Positions 1 through 8,518 of a stretch of 64,000 bases of DNA are shown piece after piece. How positions within the stretch are numbered: position 1 is the first letter of the stretch; the number at the start of each line of letters is the position of its first letter. The notes below the pieces were generated by a model. The model ran no database searches, was not told the origin of the DNA, and worked only from the letters and a program-made list of their open reading frames with translations. Made by a program: the position numbers and the translations under genes. Where the stretch lies: assembly GCA_963812015.1 (NCBI GenBank), contig CAWETI010000002.1, positions 1 to 64,000 of the forward strand, written 5' to 3'. Source of the DNA: an uncultured delta proteobacterium. GTDB taxonomy: Bacteria > Desulfobacterota > Desulfobaccia > Desulfobaccales > 0-14-0-80-60-11.

Positions 1-66
1 ACTTCAAATCCGGTGTGCCGTCTGCTGAAGGCGGTAGGTGGGTTCGATTCCCATGCACTTCCGCCA
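1..66 (+). tRNA. selC: tRNA-Sec (anticodon UCA), 5' part lies outside the window
   Basis: Anticodon loop CT-TCA-AA at 2-8; long variable arm (TGCCGTCT...AGGCGGTA); T arm GTGGG-TTCGATT-CCCAT; acceptor strand GCACTTCC-G-CCA ending at 66. Confidence 0.95.
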
Positions 67-80
67 ACGATTTGCCAGGA

Positions 81-113
81 GGGGGGCCAAATTATTTGGC
101 CCCCTTTTTCTTT
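81..113 (+). terminator. Intrinsic terminator of selC; also the left copy of the islet direct repeat
   Basis: GGGGGCCAAA-TTA-TTTGGCCCCC hairpin followed by TTTTTCTTT, 14 nt after CCA. Confidence 0.8.
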
Positions 114-413
114 GGGTGTGCAAATAGTGTGCATATTCTAGAGTGAAGCCTCATTTCCCCGGCACGATGAGAAGGAAAGGGGCCAGGGCCAAGCTCCCCT
201 TCCACAATGCCCCAATTTCAACGTAGAGCGGCCCATAAGTGGGCTAATTTCGCACGCTCTCCCTGAATGAACATTAGGGAAGGGAAACCCTGATAGTCAT
301 TCTGAGGGCATCTCAATGCGCGTTGGTAAGGGGGCTTCTCGCTTTCTATTAACATTTAGGATAAAATTCGGGCAGATTGCAAAACTCAGAAAGATAATAA
401 AGAGGTAATTACC

Positions 414-905
414 ATGAATGAGACATTGTTGGATTCGCAGTCTATTTTAGGCCGATTGAACAGGATTGAGTCGGCTTACAAAAGACAACGGTTTGTTATG
501 CTTATCTTACTAATTATATTCATGGCTCTTTTGATTATAGGACAGACTCCCCGATACTATGAATCATTATATGCCCAGAATTACTCAGCAATAGATGGTA
601 ATGGTAATACTAATATGATACTTGGCAATAATAATGATGGTTCAGTGGGACTTTCCTTTAAAGACAAAAGGGGGCAAGTCAGAGTCTTGTTCGGAGTATT
701 GAAAAATGGCCAGTCGGGGCTTATGTTGATGGATGAGAACGGAGTTGTAAGGATTGACTTAGGATTCGATCCGGGTGGAAATCCTGTATTATATTTTCGT
801 GATAAGACGATGAAACATCGTGTTGAATTAGGGGTATTACCGAATGGGAAAGGAATACTGGGTTTTACAGATGAGAATGGGAGAATTATTTCTAAAATCC
901 CCTAA
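414..905 (+). CDS. Hypothetical membrane-anchored protein with about five 23-aa beta-hairpin-like repeats
   Basis: RBS AGAGGT upstream of ATG; one N-terminal TM segment; repeats of the form L-x-F-x-D-x-x-G-x-x-R-x-x-LG. Confidence 0.75.
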   Translation: MNETLLDSQSILGRLNRIESAYKRQRFVMLILLIIFMALLIIGQTPRYYESLYAQNYSAIDGNGNTNMILGNNNDGSVGLSFKDKRGQVRVLFGVLKNGQSGLMLMDENGVVRIDLGFDPGGNPVLYFRDKTMKHRVELGVLPNGKGILGFTDENGRIISKIP

Positions 906-1175
906 ATAATATCGGAGATTATGCGGCAGCCTTAGCTGCGTCTGCAAGATTACTTTGGCAGTATTGGCTATAGTAACGTTAATAGTAATGATAGTAGTTA
1001 TGTTAATAATATTGGAGCTTTACTATAATAGTGGTAGCAGTGTTAATAATAATAATGATAGAGGGGGAAGGGGCGTGGGGGGGGGGTCCCCAAGCCCCCG
1101 CTCTCCTGCCAGAATTCCAATGACCAAATTTTATAGAACACAATTTTCAAAACAGGGTCGGCTTGTCTATAAAGT

Positions 1176-1523
1176 TTATCTTAGATATTCTCTTAATCCC
1201 TTTGCCAGAATAATCCCTCCATTTATCGATAATAGCGCCCCTATAGCAAAGCAAAGAGGCTCATGTACATATGAATGATATATTCCTGAGTTATATGAGC
1301 TAATTAAAAAGTACAACCCAAAACCAAGTAAACAATTCCCAATTACCATTATAACAATATTAATATTTCTTTGTATAAGGTCTTTGATTGTTATGATAGT
1401 TCTTTCCAGGATAATCCTGTTAAAAGTAGCGAGTTCTAATGGTTGCCTCATCCATAAAACCAATTTAAGCCAGCAATACGCAACATACAGAGCGATAATA
1501 CCCAATAATATAATATCGGTCAT
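1176..1523 (-). CDS. Hypothetical 3-TM membrane protein
   Basis: RBS GGAGG upstream of ATG; three hydrophobic segments. Confidence 0.6.
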   Translation of the reverse strand: MTDIILLGIIALYVAYCWLKLVLWMRQPLELATFNRIILERTIITIKDLIQRNINIVIMVIGNCLLGFGLYFLISSYNSGIYHSYVHEPLCFAIGALLSINGGIILAKGLREYLR

Positions 1524-1747
1524 CTCAATCCTCCATTTCTATCCTAAAGTTCCTCATGGCATCTTTCAATTCATCATACACGAAAAGAAAGATAGAACTT
1601 ATAGGTTATAATTTGCTTGATAAATTTCAAAGCGGGGTCAAAAATATCTCCGAACAGGGAGCATCGTTTCCGTTTGGTTTCTCCATTTTCCCTAAAATTC
1701 GATATGCCTAACTCTCAGCCCCGGCCTGATGCTGGTTCAGGTTGTGG

Positions 1748-1785
1748 AAATAAAAAGCCGAGTGGCCTCAGCAAGGCAACTCGGC
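1748..1785 (-). terminator. Hairpin plus T-tract on the minus strand inside the islet
   Basis: Minus strand GCCGAGTTGCC-TTGCTGA-GGCCACTCGGC-TTTTTATTT. Confidence 0.6.
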
Positions 1786-1912
1786 AATCTGTTCAAATCC
1801 TGCTTCATGACTTCCCCCCTGGCAATAGGGGTTGCTTTACGCATGTACTCCCTTATCCAACAATGGGGTCGAAATGTCAATTAGATTAGTAACTAAGTTA
1901 AGTGGGACGTAG

Positions 1913-1947
1913 GGGGGGCCAATTTTTTTGGCCCCCTTTTTCTTTGG
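1913..1947 (+). repeat. Right copy of the 35-bp islet direct repeat (att-like)
   Basis: GGGGGGCCAATTTTTTTGGCCCCCTTTTTCTTTGG versus GGGGGGCCAAATTATTTGGCCCCCTTTTTCTTTGG at 81-115. Confidence 0.85.
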
Positions 1948-2115
1948 TGGAAGGGGCCGGGGGGGGCCGGTTCGAGTCGCTGGGCCGGCACGCGCCTCAG
2001 GCTAGTGTGGCACCGGGGATCGCGGGGAGGCGTGCCTGCTGTTTATCTCCCCACCGAGAGGCCGCCAAAGCCTTGGCTTTTACCCCGGGCCCGGGGGAAT
2101 GCAATAAGAAAACGA

Positions 2116-2156
2116 TTGTGAAATTTTTCTCCATTGCATGATTTTCATGTTATAAT
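2116..2156 (+). promoter_or_regulatory. Putative Rex operator overlapping an extended -10 promoter upstream of the hdrL operon
   Basis: TTGTGAAATTTTTCTCCA (2116-2133) has 2 mismatches to the Rex consensus TTGTGAANNNNTTCACAA; TG-T-TATAAT at 2148-2156. Confidence 0.5.
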
Positions 2157-2340
2157 AATAGCTGGTGGGCGTTTTTTTTTGGCAAAAAATCCCGGTTTTC
2201 CTGCAGAGTTCAGAGACTTTTTTTCTCCGGGAGCCGCCCCAGGCGCGGGATCTGGCGTGAATCCCTGTGAAGGCTAGGCTTGGCATAATGCACCCGGGGA
2301 GCCGGCACGCTGGCACAAAATCGAATTCAGGGTCTGGACG

Positions 2341-2719
2341 ACGCCGGAAAAGTGTGGCACAGTGTTGATCGCAGAGGGCAGCGGTGCATTGTCGCAGAGC
2401 TTGCATTCTGGATCGCCGAACAGGGACGCCGGCTCAAAGCCGGGGATAATTTCACAGACCTCCTCGCGACCCTGCAGAGTAAAAAGATCAACGTGCTGGT
2501 CATGGATGTCCGCCTGCCGGAAGAAATGGGTTATGGGGCCATTTCCAACGTCCAAGGACTGCACCGCCGGTTGCCCATCATGATTACGGCTGATGAAAAT
2601 AAGGCGGAGCAAAATAGCCGCATCCGGGATCAAGGGATTTCCGCTATCCGGTAAATTCCTTGGGGATGGATGGCCTCATAAGAGCCATCGCCAACGCTAG
2701 GGTGCGATCATCCCGATAA
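2341..2719 (+). pseudogene. Degenerate single-domain response regulator (receiver) gene
   Basis: Receiver-like pieces in shifting frames: GTVLIAEG..., INVLVMDVRLPEEMGY...LPIMITADEN..., RYPVNSLGMDGLIRAIANA*. Two frameshifts, and ACG where ATG is expected. Confidence 0.6.
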
Positions 2720-2922
2720 TCTCAGAGAAGGCGGCGATGCCATTACCCATGGAACCGCCCCCAGACACGGATGTTCCTGACCCGGTGAACGCCTTTGTGG
2801 TTCCGGGGATGAATAACTGAAGGAGTGCTGATCTCCACCATCAGGTGGGAGGACAACTGCCGTCGATCCTGGCTGCGGCCGGGGCCTCACGGCATCCGGA
2901 AATTTATTTAAGGGATAGAACT

Positions 2923-5900
2923 ATGCCCCCAGAAAAAGATGCAGTGACACAAGAAACGCCACGGAATAAGGGTAAAGTGGGTGCGGTGATGGTGGTAGGC
3001 GGAGGCGTCGCCGGCATGCAGGCGTCCCTGGACCTGGCCAACGCCGGCTTCTATGTTCATCTGGTGGAAACCAAGCCGGCCATCGGCGGGGTCATGGCCC
3101 AGTTGGACAAGACCTTTCCCACCAATGACTGCGCCATGTGTATTATTTCCCCCAAGCTGGTGGAATGCGGCCGGCATTTGAACATCGAGATCCACACCCT
3201 CACCGATGTGGCGGAGATTTCGGGAGATTCGGGGAACCTCAGCGTCACTCTCAAGAAACAGCCGCGCTATATCGATCAGGCCAAGTGCACCGGTTGCGGC
3301 GAGTGCACCAACGTCTGCCCGGTGACCATGTCGGACACCTTTAACGAGGGTCTGGCCGAGTGGAAGGCGACCTATCGCCTCTATCCCCAGGCGATCCCCT
3401 CGACTTTTGCCATCAAGAAATTCGACCGGGCCCCCTGCGTCCGGGCCTGCCCCGCCAACCTGAGCGCCCAGGGCTATGTCCAGCTCATCAAGGCCGGGAA
3501 ATATAACGAATCCCTCAGCCTCATCATGGACCGTCTGCCCCTGCCCGGGACCATCGGCCGCATCTGCCCCCATCCCTGCGAGAGCGACTGCCGCCGCCAG
3601 GAGATGGACGAGTCCGTGGCCATCTGCTCCCTGAAGCGGTTCGCCGCGGACCAGGCCGATTGGGACGCCCTGCCGGTGCCCGAAGTGCCCCAGAAAAATC
3701 TGTCCGTGGCCATCGTCGGGGCGGGGCCGGCGGGATTAAGCTGCGCCTATCACCTGGCCCTTCAGGGCTATCAGGCGGTGATCTTCGAGGCCGCCCCGGA
3801 AGCCGGCGGCTGGCTGCGCTACGGCATTCCGGAGTATCGCCTGCCCCGGGAAGTCTTGGGGCGGGAAGTGGATTATCTTAAGCGCCTGGGAGTGAAAATC
3901 CATTACAACTCCCCCATCGGCGCAGGACGCACCATCAACGATCTCCTCACCCGGGACGGGTTCAACGCCGTCTTTCTCGGAGTGGGGGCCCAGGATTCCA
4001 TCCGCCTGCCGGTGCCCGGAGCCGAGGCCGCCGGCGTCCTCTGGGGGGTGGAGTACCTGAAGGAAGTGAACTCCACCGGTGAATCCCCCACCCAGGGCAA
4101 ACGGGTGGTGGTCATCGGCGGCGGCAACGTGGCCATGGACGTGGCCCGGGTGGCCCGGCGCAAAGGGGCCGCCTCGGTGACCCTCATCGCCCTGGAATCC
4201 CCCGAAGAGCTGCCCGCCTCCCCCTGGGAAGTGGAAGAGGCCAAGGTCGAGGGCATCGAGATTGCCCATCGCTTCGGGGTCAAGCAGATCCTGTCCCAGA
4301 ATGGTAAGGTCACCGGCCTGGAATTGAAGGCGGTGGAACGGGTCTTTGACGAGCAGGGCCGTTTCGCCCCGGCGTATTTTGAAGATCAGGTCTCCACCCG
4401 GGAGGCCGACGTGGTCATCATGGCTATCGGCCAGAAGACCAATCTCAAGTTCATCACCCCGGCCGACGGCATCAAGCTGACGCCCCGGGGCTTGATCGAG
4501 GCCGATGCCAGCACCCTGGCCACCTCCCGTGAGGGCGTCTTTGCCGGTGGTGACGTGGTGACCGGCCCCTGGATCGCCATCGGGGCGGTGGCCGCGGGGC
4601 GGGAAGCCGCCATCTCCATCGACCGGCATCTTAACGGTCTGGATCTCAAGGCGGACCGTGAGGCCCCCTTAAGGCCCATCGAGCCCGGCAACTGGAATCC
4701 CATCCCCACGAACCAGCCCAAAGCGCCCCGGGAACACATGCCGGAGATGCCCCCGGTGGAATGGGCCAAGAGCTTCAAGGAGATCAACCTGGGCTTCACC
4801 GAGGCCCAGGCGCAGGCGGAGGCCGCCCGGTGCATTAACTGCGGGCTGTGTTCCGAGTGTATGCAGTGTGTGGCGGCCTGCCAGGCCGGGGCCGTCGACC
4901 ACAGCATGAAACCCGAAACCAAAGAGATCAACGTCGGGGCCGTGATCATGACCCCGGGGTATCAAGTCTTCAGTCCCGTCAAGTGTGATTCGTACCATTA
5001 TTCCAGTTATCCCAATGTGGTGACCTCCCTGGAGTTCGAGCGGATCCTCTCCGCTTCCGGGCCCTTCGCCGGACACCTGGTGAGGCCCTCGGACCACAAA
5101 GAACCCAAGAAGATCGCCTGGCTGCAATGCGTGGGTTCCCGGGATGTGAAATACCACACGTACTGTTCCTCGGTCTGTTGCATGTACGCCATCAAAGAAG
5201 CGGTGATTTCCAAGGAGCACGCTCCCTATCCCCTTGATACCGCCATCTTTTTCATGGACATGCGGACCTTCGGCAAAGACTTCGAACTCTACTACAATCG
5301 CGCTGAGCAGGAACACGGGGTGCGATTCATCCGTTCCCGCATCCACAGTATCGATGCCCTGCCGGGTGACGATTTGCAGATCCGGTATGCCGACGAAAGC
5401 GGCGCCGAGCAGCGGGAAGTCTTTGATATGGTAGTACTGTCCGCGGGCATGGAGGTCAGCCCCCAGGGCCGGAATCTGACCCAGATCCTGGGAGTAGATA
5501 CCAACACCCATGATTTTGTGGCCACCTCCCCCTTCTCGCCCGTGTCCTCTTCCCGTGAGGGCATCTATGTCTGCGGGGCCATGCAAGGGCCCAAAGACAT
5601 TCCCGAATCGGTCATGCAAGCTTCGGCTGCGGCCGGGGCGGTGGGCGCCACCCTGGGAGCGGTCCGCTGGACCGAGACCAAGACCCGGGTAGTGCCCGAA
5701 CCCAAAGACATCAAGCCGGAAGACACGCCCCGCATCGGGGTGTTTATCTGTAACTGCGGCATCAACATCGGCGGCTATATCGACATCCCGGCGCTGTTGG
5801 CATACGCCAAAACGCTGCCCAACGTGGCCTACGTCGAAGATAACCTCTTCACCTGTTCCCAGGACACCCAGGTCCGGATGACCGAGAACATCGACAAACA

Positions 5901-7389
5901 AAACCTCAACCGGGTAGTGGTGGCCGCCTGCACCCCCATCACCCATGAGCCCCTGTTCCGGGAGACCTTGATTGACGCGGGCTTGAACAAGTATCTCTTC
6001 GAAATGGCCAACATCCGGAACCAGGACTCCTGGGTGCACATGAAGGAGCCGCAAAAAGCCACGGAAAAAGCTAAAGACCTGGTGCGGATGGCGGTGGCCC
6101 GGGTTGCCCTGCTGAAGCCGCTGAAGGAAAAGCCCCTGACCATCAACCAGCGGGCCCTGGTTATCGGCGGCGGGGTCGCCGGTCTCAATGCCGCCCTCAA
6201 TCTGGGGGATCAGGGATTTGAGACCATTCTCGTGGAGAAGGAACCGGAACTGGGGGGCAACGCCCGCCGGATTCACAAAACCATCGAAGGCATGGACGTC
6301 CCGGCCTATTTGGACGGGCTCGTCCAGCGGGTGAAGTCCCACGACATGATTGAGGTCCTCACCGGCGCCAAGGTGGTGGGGTTCAAGGGCTACAAAGGCA
6401 ACTTCACCACGACCGTGGTGCCGGGGGCCGGCCAGGATGAACAGACGTTCGATCACGGGGCCGTGGTGTTGGCCACCGGCGCTTATGAGTACCATCCCAA
6501 GGAATTTCTCTACGGGGAACATGAGCGGGTGATGACCCAGATGGAACTGGGGGACTTTCTCCACAAAGCGCCGGCGGAGGCCACCAAGTGGAACCGGGTG
6601 GTCATGGTGCAGTGCGTGGGCTCCCGCAACGAAGAGAACCCCAACTGCAGCCGGATCTGCTGCCAGGGAGCGGTAAAGTACGCCTTGCAGCTCAAGGAAC
6701 TCAACCCGGACATGGATGTGATGATTCTCTACCGGGATATGCGCACCTACGGCTTCCTGGAGGATTACTACCGGGAGGCCCGGGACAAGGGCGTGCTCTT
6801 CTCCCGGTTCGAGCCGGACCATTTGCCCCAGGTCCACAATGACAACGGGCAATTGGGCGTTACCTTTGTGGATCACGTGCTGGGTCGCCCCGTCAACATG
6901 TCCGTGGACGCGGTGGTGTTGAGCGCCGGGGCCCGGGCCGCGGACACCGAGAAGTTGGCAACCCTGCTGAAACTTCCCCGGAACGCCGGCGGATTTTTCA
7001 TCGAGGCCCACGCCAAGCTGCGGCCGGTGGATTTTGCCTCCGAAGGCATCTTCCTCTGCGGCATGGCCCATTCTCCCAAGCTCATCAGCGAAAGCATCTC
7101 CCAGGCCATGGCTGCGGCCGCCCGGGCCGGTGGTTTTCTGGCTGACGTTAACCAGACCATCAGCGGCGTCACCGCGCACGTGGCGCCGGAGCACTGCGCC
7201 GCCTGCCTGGTGTGTGTCCGGTCCTGCCCCTACGGCGTGCCGCAGATCAATAAGGATAATGTCTCGGAGATCAACGAAGCCCTGTGCCAGGGCTGCGGCG
7301 TCTGTGCCTCGGAATGCCCGGCCACGGTTATCCAGCTGAGCCATTATGAAGATGACCAGATCAGCGCCAAAATCAAAACTTTATTCTAA
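2923..7389 (+). CDS. hdrA: HdrL-type flavoprotein: HdrA module with inserted GltD-like NAD(P)H oxidoreductase domain, fused to a second HdrA module and ferredoxin domains
   Basis: VGGGVAG and DKTFPTNDCAMC; CTGCGECTNVCP; GltD-like PCVRACP/GRICPHPCE, IVGAGPAG and IGGGNVAMD; two QCVGSR...CSxxCC motifs; GVFICNCG; C-terminal 2x[4Fe-4S]. ATG 2923 has AAGGGA upstream. Confidence 0.92.
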   Translation: MPPEKDAVTQETPRNKGKVGAVMVVGGGVAGMQASLDLANAGFYVHLVETKPAIGGVMAQLDKTFPTNDCAMCIISPKLVECGRHLNIEIHTLTDVAEISGDSGNLSVTLKKQPRYIDQAKCTGCGECTNVCPVTMSDTFNEGLAEWKATYRLYPQAIPSTFAIKKFDRAPCVRACPANLSAQGYVQLIKAGKYNESLSLIMDRLPLPGTIGRICPHPCESDCRRQEMDESVAICSLKRFAADQADWDALPVPEVPQKNLSVAIVGAGPAGLSCAYHLALQGYQAVIFEAAPEAGGWLRYGIPEYRLPREVLGREVDYLKRLGVKIHYNSPIGAGRTINDLLTRDGFNAVFLGVGAQDSIRLPVPGAEAAGVLWGVEYLKEVNSTGESPTQGKRVVVIGGGNVAMDVARVARRKGAASVTLIALESPEELPASPWEVEEAKVEGIEIAHRFGVKQILSQNGKVTGLELKAVERVFDEQGRFAPAYFEDQVSTREADVVIMAIGQKTNLKFITPADGIKLTPRGLIEADASTLATSREGVFAGGDVVTGPWIAIGAVAAGREAAISIDRHLNGLDLKADREAPLRPIEPGNWNPIPTNQPKAPREHMPEMPPVEWAKSFKEINLGFTEAQAQAEAARCINCGLCSECMQCVAACQAGAVDHSMKPETKEINVGAVIMTPGYQVFSPVKCDSYHYSSYPNVVTSLEFERILSASGPFAGHLVRPSDHKEPKKIAWLQCVGSRDVKYHTYCSSVCCMYAIKEAVISKEHAPYPLDTAIFFMDMRTFGKDFELYYNRAEQEHGVRFIRSRIHSIDALPGDDLQIRYADESGAEQREVFDMVVLSAGMEVSPQGRNLTQILGVDTNTHDFVATSPFSPVSSSREGIYVCGAMQGPKDIPESVMQASAAAGAVGATLGAVRWTETKTRVVPEPKDIKPEDTPRIGVFICNCGINIGGYIDIPALLAYAKTLPNVAYVEDNLFTCSQDTQVRMTENIDKQNLNRVVVAACTPITHEPLFRETLIDAGLNKYLFEMANIRNQDSWVHMKEPQKATEKAKDLVRMAVARVALLKPLKEKPLTINQRALVIGGGVAGLNAALNLGDQGFETILVEKEPELGGNARRIHKTIEGMDVPAYLDGLVQRVKSHDMIEVLTGAKVVGFKGYKGNFTTTVVPGAGQDEQTFDHGAVVLATGAYEYHPKEFLYGEHERVMTQMELGDFLHKAPAEATKWNRVVMVQCVGSRNEENPNCSRICCQGAVKYALQLKELNPDMDVMILYRDMRTYGFLEDYYREARDKGVLFSRFEPDHLPQVHNDNGQLGVTFVDHVLGRPVNMSVDAVVLSAGARAADTEKLATLLKLPRNAGGFFIEAHAKLRPVDFASEGIFLCGMAHSPKLISESISQAMAAAARAGGFLADVNQTISGVTAHVAPEHCAACLVCVRSCPYGVPQINKDNVSEINEALCQGCGVCASECPATVIQLSHYEDDQISAKIKTLF

Positions 7390-7400
7390 GGAGTCCAACG

Positions 7401-7853
7401 ATGGAACCGTTTGAACCCAAGATTGTCGGGTTTTGCTGCCACTACTGAGCTTATTCCGCCGCGGACCTGGCAGGTTCGATGCGGTTGCAGTATCCGCCCA
7501 ACGTGCGTATCATCGAGGTACCCTGCACCGGCAAAGTGGACATCTTGCATCTGTTGATGGCCTTTGAATACGGTGCCGACGGGGTCATCGTCGTAGGTTG
7601 CATGGAGGGAGACTGTCACTACAGCGTTGGCAATCTTTTCGCCAAAAAGCGGGTCCAGCGGGCCAAGAAGATCCTCGACAAGGTCGGCATCGGAGGCGAC
7701 CGGCTGGAGATGTACAATCTATCTTCCGGGATGGGACCGCGGTTCGCCGAGGTTATGCGGGAGATAACCAAAAAAGTGCTGGAACTGGGGCCCAGTCCCA
7801 TCAGAGTTGCGACAGGAAAGGCCACCAGGCCCATTGCGGAGGTAACTACATGA
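7401..7853 (+). CDS. mvhD: MvhD/FlpD [2Fe-2S] subunit, selenoprotein (Sec at TGA 7446-7448)
   Basis: AAGGAG RBS then ATG 7401 reads MEPFEPKIVGFCCHY-U-AYSAADLAGSMRLQYPPNVRIIEVPCTGK...GCMEGDCHY. The TGA sits at the conserved Cys position of the MvhD N-terminus. Confidence 0.93.
7459..7484 (+). promoter_or_regulatory. Bacterial SECIS-like hairpin
   Basis: CCGC-GGACCT-GGC-AGGTTC-GAT-GCGG; G-containing apical loop about 21 nt after the UGA. Confidence 0.7.
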
Positions 7854-8518
7854 TTAAGGCAGTGCCCAAGCCCCTGGAAGAAGTCCTTGACCGGGTCAAA
7901 GACTTCAATAAAGTATTAATTGCCGGCTGTGATGGCTGCGTCACCGTGTGCGAGGCCGGCGGTGCGAAGGAAGCCAAAGTGCTGGCTTCGGCCCTGAGGC
8001 TCTACTTCACCCAGCAGGGCCGGCAGGCCCAGGTGGATGACACCAGCCTGACCCGGCAGTGCGAAAAGGAGTACCTGGCGCAACTCTCCGACACGATTGA
8101 CAACTACGATGCCGTGGTCTCTCTGGCCTGCGGCTGCGGCGTCCAGTACCTGGCGGAGATGTACGACAAAAAGATCGTCTACCCCGGGGTGGATACCTGT
8201 TTTATGGGCGTCAACGAGGAACGGGGGCTCTATGCCGAACGCTGCCAGGCCTGCGGCCGCTGCATCCTGGCGGATACAGGCGGCGTCTGCCCCATCGCCC
8301 GTTGTTCCAAGCGCATGCTCAACGGCCCCTGCGGCGGCTCCGCCGAGGGCAAGTGCGAAATCAACAAAGATATCCCCTGCGGCTGGGAGCTGATTTATGA
8401 ACGGCTGAAGACCCTGGGCCAGCTGGACCGTTTTGAGAAACCCGTGGATCCCAAAGACTGGAGCACTTCCCGGGATGCCGGACCTCGTAAGATCGTCAGA
8501 GAGGATTTACGGATATGA
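7850..8518 (+). CDS. metV: Methylene-THF reductase small Fe-S/Zn subunit MetV
   Basis: GCDGCVTVC, RQCE, ACGCG, CQACGRC...CPIARCSK...NGPCGG...C...CGW; ATGA overlaps with mvhD and metF. Confidence 0.9.
   Translation: MIKAVPKPLEEVLDRVKDFNKVLIAGCDGCVTVCEAGGAKEAKVLASALRLYFTQQGRQAQVDDTSLTRQCEKEYLAQLSDTIDNYDAVVSLACGCGVQYLAEMYDKKIVYPGVDTCFMGVNEERGLYAERCQACGRCILADTGGVCPIARCSKRMLNGPCGGSAEGKCEINKDIPCGWELIYERLKTLGQLDRFEKPVDPKDWSTSRDAGPRKIVREDLRI

Larger units (their letters stand above)
81..1947. mobile_element. Small AT-rich genomic islet or island remnant inserted just downstream of tRNA-Sec
   Basis: 35-bp direct repeat at 81-115 and 1913-1947 (33/35 identical). Interior is markedly more AT-rich than the flanking genes. 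No integrase inside. Confidence 0.7.

Noticed and set aside
955..1278. 107-aa plus-strand ORF in the islet
   Set aside because: TTG start without an RBS, composition driven by low-complexity DNA, and overlap with the better-supported ORF 1176-1523.
1963..1992. GGTTCGAGTC T-loop-like word just outside the right islet repeat
   Set aside because: The flanks do not form a T stem and do not match the tRNA-Sec 3' end.
2670..2735. SAM-riboswitch-like words (CATAAGAG, CAAC...GGTGC) upstream of the metF-containing operon
   Set aside because: The P2/P4 elements are missing, and the stretch is better explained as the C-terminal coding part of the receiver pseudogene.
2737..2922. 27-codon ORF ending in TGA (2818-2820) in frame with hdrL and followed by a hairpin; possible Sec read-through extension
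   Set aside because: The hairpin loop (ATCA) lacks the apical G of a SECIS, the extension has no HdrA-like or redox motif, and ATG 2923 has its own RBS.
4669..7344. Long antisense ORFs (e.g. 4669-7344, 14416-16635, 21097-22791, 41055-42770, 59533-61380)
   Set aside because: Shadow ORFs opposite well-supported high-GC genes; no recognisable motifs.
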